In this document: piece after piece, positions 52,522 to 61,137 of the stretch | Position numbering within the stretch: position 1 is the first letter of the stretch | Layout: every line of letters starts with the position of its first letter | DNA from: an uncultured Victivallales bacterium | Lineage (GTDB): Bacteria; Verrucomicrobiota; Lentisphaeria; Victivallales; UBA1829 | NCBI GenBank assembly: GCA_944390735.1 | Contig: CALXRL010000014.1 | Span: forward strand, 1,441 to 65,440 | Direction: 5' to 3' | Length of the DNA stretch: 64,000 bases | Notes under the pieces: generated by a model | Databases searched by the model: none | What the model was told of the DNA's origin: nothing | What the model saw: the letters and a program-made list of their open reading frames with translations, nothing else | Program-made: the position numbers and the translations under genes

Positions 52522-54035
52522 TGATGAAAGTGATGTTTCCCTTGTTCTGCATCGGCGTTCTGTGTCTTTCCTCCGTGTTTGCGGATGAGAACGATTATCT
52601 GCGTCCGATCGGCCGTCCCCGGGAGGCGCGTGCGCAGCGCCGTCAGGGAGGAGAGGCGTTTCCGCCGCTGCCGCTGCCGGTGACGCCGCTGCGGAGATCG
52701 GAGAAGAAGCGGCCGCCGTCGCCGTCGGCTCTGATCGGGAAAGTCGTCTGGGGCGGCTACCTGGACTACACCGGAGCCGACGGCATGACGCAGCGCCTTT
52801 TCGACTGGAACATGGTTCCCGCCGACTGCCAGATGCTGCTGCGCCGCGTCAAGGAGACTCTGCGTCTGGAATACAAGACGCAGACAGTCGATCTGGCCAC
52901 CTTCAGCGGGGATCCGTCCGAACTGCCGATTCTCCATTTTTCCGGCGGACGCACCATCCGATTCACCGACGCCGAACGGGTCAAACTGCGGAAATATCTG
53001 CTCGACGGAGGAACGATTCTGTTTGACTCCATTGTCGGTTCCCCCTACTTCTACCGGGGGGCGATGGAGGAGACCAGACGGATTCTGCCCGAGTCGCCCG
53101 TTCGGAGAATCGATCCCGACCATGCGGTGTTCCGGATGGTCCGGAACACCACGTCGGAAAAGATCAACGGCAACCGCACGATTGCCCCCGAACTGGACGG
53201 AGCCTACATCGGTTCGCGTCTTGCGGTGATTCTTTCGCCCTTCGGTCTCGGGTGCGGATGGGACAACATTCAGCCGGATGCGATCCGCAATTCCAGATAC
53301 TATCTGCCCGACAGCGCCCGGGAGCTCGGCGTCAATCTGATCGCCTATGTTATCGGCTGGTATGAAAACGGTCAGGCGTATGCGGCGGGCGAAGCCGTCA
53401 GCGAAGCTCCGGAGGTCCGTTCCGCCGACCGGATCGTGTTTGCCCAGGTGAAAACCAGCGGGCTCTGGAATTCCGATCCGGGCGCGGAAACCCGGTTCAT
53501 GCGCTATCTGGCAAAGAATCTGAATCTGGATGCGGGAAGCAGTCCGGTCTATGTGGATCCGGCGACCGCGGTTCTGGCCGATTATCCGTTTCTGTACCTG
53601 AGCGGCATCGGGAATTTCGATCTTTCCGCCGAAGCCATGGCAAAACTGCGCGGATACCTCAATGGAGGCGGATTCCTTCTGATAAACAACTCTTTGGGAA
53701 TGAATGAGTTTGATGCGGCGGCGCAGAAGTTTGCCTCGACGCTCTGTCCGGAAGCGAAACTGGAGAGGATTCCGGAAAACCATCCGATTTTCACAAAAGG
53801 ACCGTTCCGTTTCACGCGGAACGGGTTTCTGGATGCGGCGGCGCGGAAGTATCCGGCATCGTCGCGGCCCCTGCTGTACGGGGTGCGGGACGGCGACCGC
53901 TACAAGCTGATATACAGTCCGGTGGATCTGGCGGGCGGCTGGATGTCCGTCTCCCGGCCTGGAAGCGTCGGGTATGAGACGGAAACGGCTCTGCGACTCG
54001 GGGCAAACCTTGTCGTTTACTTTACAACCCATTGA
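52521..54035 (+). CDS. Secreted protein with two DUF4159-like domains
   Basis: Signal MMKVMFPLFCIGVLCLSSVFA. Two copies of the pattern: PILHFSGGRTIRFTDAERVKLRKYLLDGGTILFDS and PFLYLSGIGNFDLSAEAMAKLRGYLNGGGFLLINNS. The start overlaps the upstream stop (TGATG). Confidence 0.7.
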   Translation: MMKVMFPLFCIGVLCLSSVFADENDYLRPIGRPREARAQRRQGGEAFPPLPLPVTPLRRSEKKRPPSPSALIGKVVWGGYLDYTGADGMTQRLFDWNMVPADCQMLLRRVKETLRLEYKTQTVDLATFSGDPSELPILHFSGGRTIRFTDAERVKLRKYLLDGGTILFDSIVGSPYFYRGAMEETRRILPESPVRRIDPDHAVFRMVRNTTSEKINGNRTIAPELDGAYIGSRLAVILSPFGLGCGWDNIQPDAIRNSRYYLPDSARELGVNLIAYVIGWYENGQAYAAGEAVSEAPEVRSADRIVFAQVKTSGLWNSDPGAETRFMRYLAKNLNLDAGSSPVYVDPATAVLADYPFLYLSGIGNFDLSAEAMAKLRGYLNGGGFLLINNSLGMNEFDAAAQKFASTLCPEAKLERIPENHPIFTKGPFRFTRNGFLDAAARKYPASSRPLLYGVRDGDRYKLIYSPVDLAGGWMSVSRPGSVGYETETALRLGANLVVYFTTH

Positions 54036-54058
54036 TTTTCAAAAACAAGGACGATTTC

Positions 54059-55066
54059 ATGGAGTACGATGACAGAAATCTGATGAAAGACATTGCCGTT
54101 CTGCGTGACGGCTTTGACTCGGTCCGCCGAGAACTGGCCAGAGTGATTGTCGGTCAGGACCGGGTTGTCGAGAAGGTTCTTTCCGCCATGCTGGCGGGAG
54201 GGCATTGTCTGCTGCTGGGGGTTCCGGGACTGGCGAAGACGCTGCTGGTCTCCACGCTGGGACAGGTGCTTGACCTGGGATTCAAACGCATTCAGTTCAC
54301 TCCCGACCTGATGCCCTCCGACATCACCGGCACCGAGATTCTCGACGAGGCCGCCGCAGGCGTCAAACGGGAACTCCGGTTTGTCAAAGGTCCGGTTTTC
54401 ACCAATCTCCTTCTTGCCGATGAAATCAACCGCACGCCCCCGAAAACGCAGGCGGCCATGCTGGAGGCCATGCAGGAAAAGAGCGTCACAAGCGGAGGGA
54501 AGTGCTATCCGCTTCCGACCCCGTTCTTTGTTCTGGCGACCCAGAATCCGATTGAGCAGGAGGGAACCTATCCGCTGCCGGAAGCCCAGCTCGACCGTTT
54601 TATGTTTCTGGTGAAACTGGACTATCCGGAGCGGGAACAGGAGATTGAAATTCTCTCGAAGACGACCGGGAACCGCACCGTGGTGCCGGAGAAGGTGCTG
54701 AACGGCGATTCGCTGCTGTTCTTTCAGATGGTGGTTCGCGCACTGCCCGTGAGCAGACATGTGATCTCCTATTGTGCGGATCTTGCGCGTCTGTCGCGGC
54801 CGGAGAATCCGGAGTCGCCCGAGTTCATCCGGCAGAATCTTTCCTACGGGGCGGGACCGCGCGCCGGACAGTATCTGATGCTTGCGGCAAAAGCCGCCGC
54901 CGCGCTTGACGGACGCGTGAACGTCTGCTGTGAGGACGTCCGCAGATCGGCGCACGAGGTGCTCCGCCACCGGATGGCGTGCAACTTCCACGCGGCCGGA
55001 GAAAACCTGACCACCGATGCTCTGATCGACATGCTCCTTCAGACGGTCCCGGAGCCGCGGAACTGA
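54059..55066 (+). CDS. MoxR-family AAA+ ATPase
   Basis: VIVGQDRVVEKVLSAMLAGGHCLLLGVPGLAKT (Walker A), LLADEINRTPPKTQAAMLEAMQE (Walker B/sensor), ATQNPIEQEGTYPLPEAQLDRF. An alternative TTG start at 54032 overlaps the upstream stop. Confidence 0.9.
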   Translation: MEYDDRNLMKDIAVLRDGFDSVRRELARVIVGQDRVVEKVLSAMLAGGHCLLLGVPGLAKTLLVSTLGQVLDLGFKRIQFTPDLMPSDITGTEILDEAAAGVKRELRFVKGPVFTNLLLADEINRTPPKTQAAMLEAMQEKSVTSGGKCYPLPTPFFVLATQNPIEQEGTYPLPEAQLDRFMFLVKLDYPEREQEIEILSKTTGNRTVVPEKVLNGDSLLFFQMVVRALPVSRHVISYCADLARLSRPENPESPEFIRQNLSYGAGPRAGQYLMLAAKAAAALDGRVNVCCEDVRRSAHEVLRHRMACNFHAAGENLTTDALIDMLLQTVPEPRN

Positions 55067-55067
55067 G

Positions 55068-55976
55068 ATGTCCGACAGCCGCTTTACCTATCTGCCCGCC
55101 GAAACGCTCGATTCCCTGAAACACATCGAGCTGGTTGCGCGTTCCCTTGTGGAGGGGGGAATGCTGGGTCTGCATCGCTCCCCGTTCCGGGGCTTCTCCT
55201 CGGAGTTCGCCGAATACCGGAAATACTCTCCCGGCGACAGTGTCAAATACATCGACTGGAAAACCTACGCCCGTTCCGACCGCTACTACATCAAATGCTT
55301 TGAAGAGGAGACCAATCTCCGAAGCTATATTCTTCTGGACACCTCCGGTTCCATGGCGATGTCCGCGTCGGACGGTCGGCGGACTCCCTCCAAGTTTCAT
55401 TATGCGTGCTACTTTGCCGCTGCGTTTCTGTATCTGGCTCATCAGCAGCGGGATGCGCAGGCGCTATTCACCTGGAGCGATGTTCCAGGCGAATGTTCCG
55501 CCTGTTCCAATTCGGCGGCGAATCTGGCGGCGAATCTGCGGCGTCTGGAATCGCTGAAACCGGAGGGCGTTTCCCATGCGGCATATTCGCTTTCCCGGAT
55601 CGCGGAGCGGATCCCGCGCCGTTCGCTGGTCGTGGTGTTTTCGGACTTTCTGGAGCGGGATCTCTCGTTTCTGCGTTCGCTCCACCAGCTGACGTTCAAG
55701 CGCTGCGAAGTGATCCTGTTTCAGATCCTGAACGAAGACGAACTGCACTTCCCGTATCGCGGACTCATCCGGTTCCAGGATATGGAGACCGGCGAGTTCA
55801 TGGAACTGGAAGGCGAAGCGTGCCGTTCGAGCTATCTCTCCGCGCTGCACCGTTACAACGCCGCGCTGAAAAACTTCTGCGACCAGTACAAAATCACCAT
55901 GGAGACGCTGACCACCGCCGATCCGTTTGAACGGGCGCTGGCCGCGTACTTCTCCAAACGGGAGGTGCTGTTCTGA
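55068..55976 (+). CDS. DUF58 protein (vWA-like, MoxR partner)
   Basis: GLHRSPFRGFSSEFAEYRKYSPGDSVKYIDWKTYARSDRYYIKCFEEE and ILLDTSGSM. Confidence 0.85.
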   Translation: MSDSRFTYLPAETLDSLKHIELVARSLVEGGMLGLHRSPFRGFSSEFAEYRKYSPGDSVKYIDWKTYARSDRYYIKCFEEETNLRSYILLDTSGSMAMSASDGRRTPSKFHYACYFAAAFLYLAHQQRDAQALFTWSDVPGECSACSNSAANLAANLRRLESLKPEGVSHAAYSLSRIAERIPRRSLVVVFSDFLERDLSFLRSLHQLTFKRCEVILFQILNEDELHFPYRGLIRFQDMETGEFMELEGEACRSSYLSALHRYNAALKNFCDQYKITMETLTTADPFERALAAYFSKREVLF

Positions 55977-58003
55977 TGGAGTTTTCCTCGCCCGCGTTTC
56001 TGTTTGCGCTTCCGCTGGCGCTGGCGCCGCTGATCCTGCATCTGTTCTACCGCAGAAGGCGATCGACGGTGCTGTTTTCCTCGTTGAATTTTTTTCTTCG
56101 GCAGGAGAAATATTTTGCCTATCGCCGCCGTCTGCTGGAGATTTTTCTGATGCTCTGCCGGATTCTGGGGGTGGCGCTGATCGTGCTGGCGCTGGCGGGG
56201 CCGTATTTCAGAAAGATCACGTTTCTCGCGAACGGGGGAACGGAGGCGGTGATCGTGCTTGACGACTCCATGTCGATGCAGCGCACCGTTCCCGGCGGAC
56301 ACACGGCGTTCGAGCTTGCCGTGCGTCAGGCGGAGGGACTGCTCAACGTTCTGAACCGGGAGGATTCCGCCGGTCTGGTGTTCCTTTCCGGACGGCCCGG
56401 AATGGAACTCACGCGGGAAAAGCAGAAGGTGGTTTCCGCGCTTCGCGGGGCGAAGGTGACCGGGAGCGCGGGCAACCTGACATCGGCCGTCCGGCAGGCC
56501 GTCGAACTTCTGAAGGGAACGCAGGGAATCAATCGCGAAATCTATCTGCTGACCGATCTCCAGGAAAGCATGCTGCCGAAACGGAAGATCCGTCTTTCCG
56601 ACTGGAAGAACGGACATCTGTTCGTGATCCCGATTTCGGGATCGAACGCGAATGCGTCGATCTCGGGCGGCCCTCCCGATCCATCGCTGAAAACGCCGGG
56701 TTCGAGTGTTTATCTGCCGTTTACGATCCGCAATTCGAGTCCGCGCAGCCGGACGTTCAAGGCGACGCTGAACATTACGGGAAATCCGGTGCAGTCGAAA
56801 ACCATTTCCGTCAAGGCGGATTCCTCGGTGAACGAGCATTTCATATATGTCCCCGTCCGGCCGGGACGCGTGGTCGGGACGATCACCATTGACGATTCCG
56901 ATATTCCGCTTGACAATACGCTTCCGTTCTCGTTTTCCGTTTCGGATCTGATGAATGTTCTTCTTCTCTCCGGAGGGGAGGGCGTGGATCCCTTCTATTA
57001 TCTTCGTCTGGCGGTGAAACCGACTCCCCGTGCGTACGGGATCAAATTTGATTCCGCTTCGTTCCGGACGACGGGCATCGGCGATTGGAAGCGTTACAGC
57101 CTTATTTTTCTCTCCCCCGGGAGCGCGGTCCATACGGATACCGCCGACCGTCTTCTGGAGTATCTGCGTTCCGGCGGAACCGTTGCCGCACTGCCGGAAA
57201 CGGATGGCTCGACCCGGTTCTATTCCGTTCTTGCGGAGCGTTCCCGCGGTCTGCTGCCCGCGATCTACGGTCCGGTCGGCGAGACAACCGCGACCGGAAT
57301 CCTGTTCGACGGGGCTCTGGCCTCTCTGAACGATCTTCTTCAGCTGAACCTTCTGCGCTGGCGGAAGCTGGCGGGCCTTCAGGTCCGCTCCGCCACGCTT
57401 CTTGCCCGCAGCGGATTCCGTCCCGTGATTTCGGAATATCCGTGCGGTTCCGGGAGGGTCATTGCGCTGGCGTTCGATCTCCGCCGCCGCTTTTCCAACT
57501 GGCCTGAACTGAAATCGTTTCCGGTTGTGATGAACGCGCTGGTCAACTACGCCGCCGGAAGAAAGAACCGGACCATCGCGCTCTCCTGCGGCGGAACGGT
57601 CCGCGTGGAGGAGAAGACGATCACCTACACCGACTCCCGGGGAACGTCCGGACCGATCCCCGACGGGATTTTCCGCGAGACCCTGTTTCCCGGCATTGTG
57701 TTTTTTTCCGGCGGACCTTATGAAGCGGCCGTTCTCACTCCGCCTCCGCGGGAGAGCCTTTTACACGGGGTTCCGCTTGCGGAGATGAAACGCTGCTTTG
57801 ACTCTCCCGTCACACTGCTTTCCCCGGGCGAGGAGCCGGAACTTCAGATCGCGCGTCTGCGCCGGGGAACCGATCTTTCGGGCGCGGCTCTGCTGGCCGC
57901 ACTGATCCTTCTTACGGTGGAATTCCTGCTGGGTTCCGGTCTTTCCGGATTCTTCCGGAAGCAGGAGGGAACGGAGAAGGGAGGGCCGTCTCATGCGATT
58001 TGA
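55976..58003 (+). CDS. BatA_N double-TM + vWA domain membrane protein
   Basis: MEFSSPAFLFALPLALAPLILHLFYRRRR (aerotolerance-regulator N-terminal type), MIDAS VIVLDDSMSM, and a C-terminal TM. The start overlaps the DUF58 stop. Confidence 0.8.
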   Translation: MEFSSPAFLFALPLALAPLILHLFYRRRRSTVLFSSLNFFLRQEKYFAYRRRLLEIFLMLCRILGVALIVLALAGPYFRKITFLANGGTEAVIVLDDSMSMQRTVPGGHTAFELAVRQAEGLLNVLNREDSAGLVFLSGRPGMELTREKQKVVSALRGAKVTGSAGNLTSAVRQAVELLKGTQGINREIYLLTDLQESMLPKRKIRLSDWKNGHLFVIPISGSNANASISGGPPDPSLKTPGSSVYLPFTIRNSSPRSRTFKATLNITGNPVQSKTISVKADSSVNEHFIYVPVRPGRVVGTITIDDSDIPLDNTLPFSFSVSDLMNVLLLSGGEGVDPFYYLRLAVKPTPRAYGIKFDSASFRTTGIGDWKRYSLIFLSPGSAVHTDTADRLLEYLRSGGTVAALPETDGSTRFYSVLAERSRGLLPAIYGPVGETTATGILFDGALASLNDLLQLNLLRWRKLAGLQVRSATLLARSGFRPVISEYPCGSGRVIALAFDLRRRFSNWPELKSFPVVMNALVNYAAGRKNRTIALSCGGTVRVEEKTITYTDSRGTSGPIPDGIFRETLFPGIVFFSGGPYEAAVLTPPPRESLLHGVPLAEMKRCFDSPVTLLSPGEEPELQIARLRRGTDLSGAALLAALILLTVEFLLGSGLSGFFRKQEGTEKGGPSHAI

Positions 58004-60071
58004 TCCGCTGCTGCCCTATCTGCTGATTCTGTCGGCGGGGGTGGTCTGTCTGGGGGCTGTCTGGTGGGCGAACCGGACGTCATGCCGAAAACGGGTGCTG
58101 GGAATTCTGCGTCTCTGTTCGCTTTCGCTTCTGGTGCTGATGCTTCTGTCGCCCGGGGTGCGTCTGCGTCAGACGGATCTGAGTTCCTCCAGTCTGATTT
58201 TTCTTCTTGACGGATCCGCCTCGATGTCCGCCACCGACATGCCCGGCCGCATCAGCCGTTATTCGGCCGCCCGGTCTGCCCTTCAGCGTCTTCTGGACGA
58301 CTCCTTCGACGGCTGCCGGAAGTATGTCTATCTGTTCAACCATCGGACCGTTCCAGCGGACGATCCCGGGCAGACGGAACTGTTCTCCCCCTTCGGCAAC
58401 ACCGATCTGAAACTGGCCGTGGATACGGCGGACCGCGATCTGGGACTCTCCTCCGCCGCGGCTCTGGTGATTTTGACCGATGGTCTGGATCATTCCGATT
58501 TCCGGGGGCTCTCCTCCGGGGTTCCCGTGTTCGCGGTCCGGACCGGGAGCGATCTGGAGCATGTGCCCGATCTGCGCATCGACTCCTTCCGCTCGCCATC
58601 CGCTCTGCGCGCAGGAGAGGAGCTGGAACTGAAGATTCCCGTTTCGCTGCGGGGAGCGGGTGGTGCGGTTCGGGTGCAACTGAATTTCACCGTCGACGGC
58701 AAAGCCTCGGGCGGCGAATCGTTTGACCTCGCCCCCGGTGAGCGCAGGGAGATCCCGTTCCGGACCTCCTTTGCGAAACCCGGACTGCATGAGATCCGTC
58801 TGGAGCTGAACCGCCTTTCGGATGAGGCGTCGTTCCTGAACAATACAAGGGAACTGATGATTGAAGTGCGGGAAGATGATCTCTCTCCGGTTCTCTACTT
58901 TCCGGTTCTGACCAACACCTTTCGTCCGCTCACGCGTCTCTTCCGCCAGACGGGACGGAAATTCACGGCGGTCTACCAGCTTCGCAAAGGCGTGTTTCAG
59001 GTGATCGGAAACTCTCCGGAACGCACCTGCGACAGGGGCATTCCGTCGGATCCCGGAGCCATGAAATCGACCGATCTTCTCTTCCTCGGTTCAGGCTGCG
59101 CCGAAGACTATTCGGATGCGGAGATCCGCTCCATGGAACAGTATGTCTCCAACGGAGGCGTTCTGCTGATTTACGGCGGACCGGGCGCATTCGGAAGCGG
59201 AAAAAACCACCTTTTTTCCGCGATGCTTCCGGTCCGGAGCGCGCAGAGCCGTTTCACGGATGCCGTTTTCCGTCTGAAATCCGCGGAGAATCCGCTTTTC
59301 GGCGATCTGCTGAAGGAACCGCTTTCCATCCGGGGACTGAATCTGGTCGACCACGTCAAATCGGGTGCGGAGATCCTGTTGAACGCGGTCGGTGACAAAA
59401 CCTATCCGCTGGTGGTCTCCATGCCGTACGGACGCGGCAAAGTGATTGCCGTTCTCACCAACAGTCTGCACCGGATCGGTTCGCCGGAGAAGCGGCCCCG
59501 TTATTTCCGCACGTTCTGGGAGAATCTTCTGGTTCATGCGGGGGAGGGGATCGGCGAACGGCTGGAGATCTCCGCGCCGCGCCAGATCCCGGAGGGAGGA
59601 ACGCTGACCGTCACGGCCTCTGCGGACCGGACGCTTTCCGCGGAGGCGTTCCTGCTTCCGGCAAATGCGCCTTCCGACCGGTCCCGACGGCGGAAAGTGA
59701 GTTTTCAGGGCCGTCTCGGAACCGCTGTTTTTTCGGATCTCCCGGCGGGGAAATACATTCTGGAGGTCCGGGCGGAGGATCCGAAATCCGGAGTGCTTCG
59801 GCGCTACCTTCCCGTCTACGTCGGGGAGAGCGCCGCGGAAAACGACGATCTCAAGGTTTCCGACGACCATTTCATGCGATTCACCACTCACGGCCGCGTC
59901 TATCTGCCTGAGGAGACCGATCGTCTGCGTTCCGATCTCCACGCCCTTCTTCGCAGAACCTCCGTCGATCACGAATGGCACCCCGTATTCGACACTCCGT
60001 TCTTTCTGATCGCCCTTTTCCTGCTCCTCATGACCGAATGGTTCCTGAGGCGGAGATACAATCTGTTCTAA
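57993..60071 (+). CDS. Membrane vWA protein with CARDB/Ig-like and GATase1-like regions
   Basis: N-terminal TMs, MIDAS IFLLDGSASMSATD, GGVLLIYGGPGAF, and a C-terminal TM FFLIALFLLLMTEWFLRRRYNLF. 11-nt overlap with the upstream gene. Confidence 0.75.
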   Translation: MRFDPLLPYLLILSAGVVCLGAVWWANRTSCRKRVLGILRLCSLSLLVLMLLSPGVRLRQTDLSSSSLIFLLDGSASMSATDMPGRISRYSAARSALQRLLDDSFDGCRKYVYLFNHRTVPADDPGQTELFSPFGNTDLKLAVDTADRDLGLSSAAALVILTDGLDHSDFRGLSSGVPVFAVRTGSDLEHVPDLRIDSFRSPSALRAGEELELKIPVSLRGAGGAVRVQLNFTVDGKASGGESFDLAPGERREIPFRTSFAKPGLHEIRLELNRLSDEASFLNNTRELMIEVREDDLSPVLYFPVLTNTFRPLTRLFRQTGRKFTAVYQLRKGVFQVIGNSPERTCDRGIPSDPGAMKSTDLLFLGSGCAEDYSDAEIRSMEQYVSNGGVLLIYGGPGAFGSGKNHLFSAMLPVRSAQSRFTDAVFRLKSAENPLFGDLLKEPLSIRGLNLVDHVKSGAEILLNAVGDKTYPLVVSMPYGRGKVIAVLTNSLHRIGSPEKRPRYFRTFWENLLVHAGEGIGERLEISAPRQIPEGGTLTVTASADRTLSAEAFLLPANAPSDRSRRRKVSFQGRLGTAVFSDLPAGKYILEVRAEDPKSGVLRRYLPVYVGESAAENDDLKVSDDHFMRFTTHGRVYLPEETDRLRSDLHALLRRTSVDHEWHPVFDTPFFLIALFLLLMTEWFLRRRYNLF

Positions 60072-60084
60072 AGGAGATGAAATC

Positions 60085-61137
60085 ATGCTGAAACTTCTGT
60101 TTTTTCTTCTGTCCGTTCCGCTGTTTGCCGCGACTTCCGCGGATGCGGTCATCACCTTTTCCGACGGCTCCACGGTATCCGGGCGCCTCTCTCTGATGGG
60201 ATCGCGCCCGATCACCATCCATCTTCAGAAGGACAAACGCGCCAGAGAACGGAAAATCGAACTCTCCGACATCGTTCTTCTGACTCAGAAACTCGAAAAA
60301 GCCACCATGGAGCGCCCCTGGATGTACCGGGAATCCGGCAAAACCGACAAGGTCTATCTCGACGGTTCATATCCGCTTCTTCAGTTTGAAACCGAACTTC
60401 TTCTCATCAGCGGCGAGGTTCTTCGCGGACATCTGATTTCCATTCCGTTCCGCTTCCGGGGCGGCGGACGCTCCAAACTCTTTCTGAATCGTCAGATCAA
60501 AGGGAAAAACGGTCAGAAAATCGAGGATCTCACCTACGTGGTAAAAGTCTCGTTTCCCCGGCATATTCCCCGTTCGGCCGGAACCATTTCCGGGACTCTC
60601 TCCGGATTCGGAGCCCTCCGCGAGGCCGCCGCCGTGGACCGCCTCCGGCATGTGGTTCTGAATGCGGAAATTCAGGGAGACCGCTTCCGCTTTTCCAATC
60701 TGCTCCCCGGAAAATATGATCTTTTCCTCCGCACGGAGAATGCGGTGCTGGCCGGGTTCTCCGGCACCGACCGTTTCCCGGAAGTCCTTGAAAAGAACTT
60801 CCGTCTTGCCGATGACTTCTTTCCTCAGCGTCATCTTCTGCTGCTTGACGGCACCCGCACGCTGGTCTACAAGCGCCGTTCGGATTTTCACGCGGCGGAA
60901 AAACACGTCCGCGGAGGTTTTCTCTGGCATCTGGAGATCTGGAACTGGCATGTCGCGGGCAATGAATGGAAACTGGATTCCCGCGATCTTCCCCTCCGCC
61001 ACATGCAGCAGGGCGGAGAATCCAACTGTTCCCTCTACCGGATCCCTCTTCTGAACGGCGTCTCTTCCGACGCATCCGCCCCTCTCACCATCCGCAAGGA
61101 GACATCCGATCATGAATTTATCCGAATCCTTGACTGA
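60085..61137 (+). CDS. Secreted hypothetical protein (350 aa), possible CarboxypepD_reg-like beta-sandwich
   Basis: AAGGAG RBS, signal MLKLLFFLLSVPLFAATSA, and FRFSNLLPGKYDLFLR. Confidence 0.65.
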   Translation: MLKLLFFLLSVPLFAATSADAVITFSDGSTVSGRLSLMGSRPITIHLQKDKRARERKIELSDIVLLTQKLEKATMERPWMYRESGKTDKVYLDGSYPLLQFETELLLISGEVLRGHLISIPFRFRGGGRSKLFLNRQIKGKNGQKIEDLTYVVKVSFPRHIPRSAGTISGTLSGFGALREAAAVDRLRHVVLNAEIQGDRFRFSNLLPGKYDLFLRTENAVLAGFSGTDRFPEVLEKNFRLADDFFPQRHLLLLDGTRTLVYKRRSDFHAAEKHVRGGFLWHLEIWNWHVAGNEWKLDSRDLPLRHMQQGGESNCSLYRIPLLNGVSSDASAPLTIRKETSDHEFIRILD

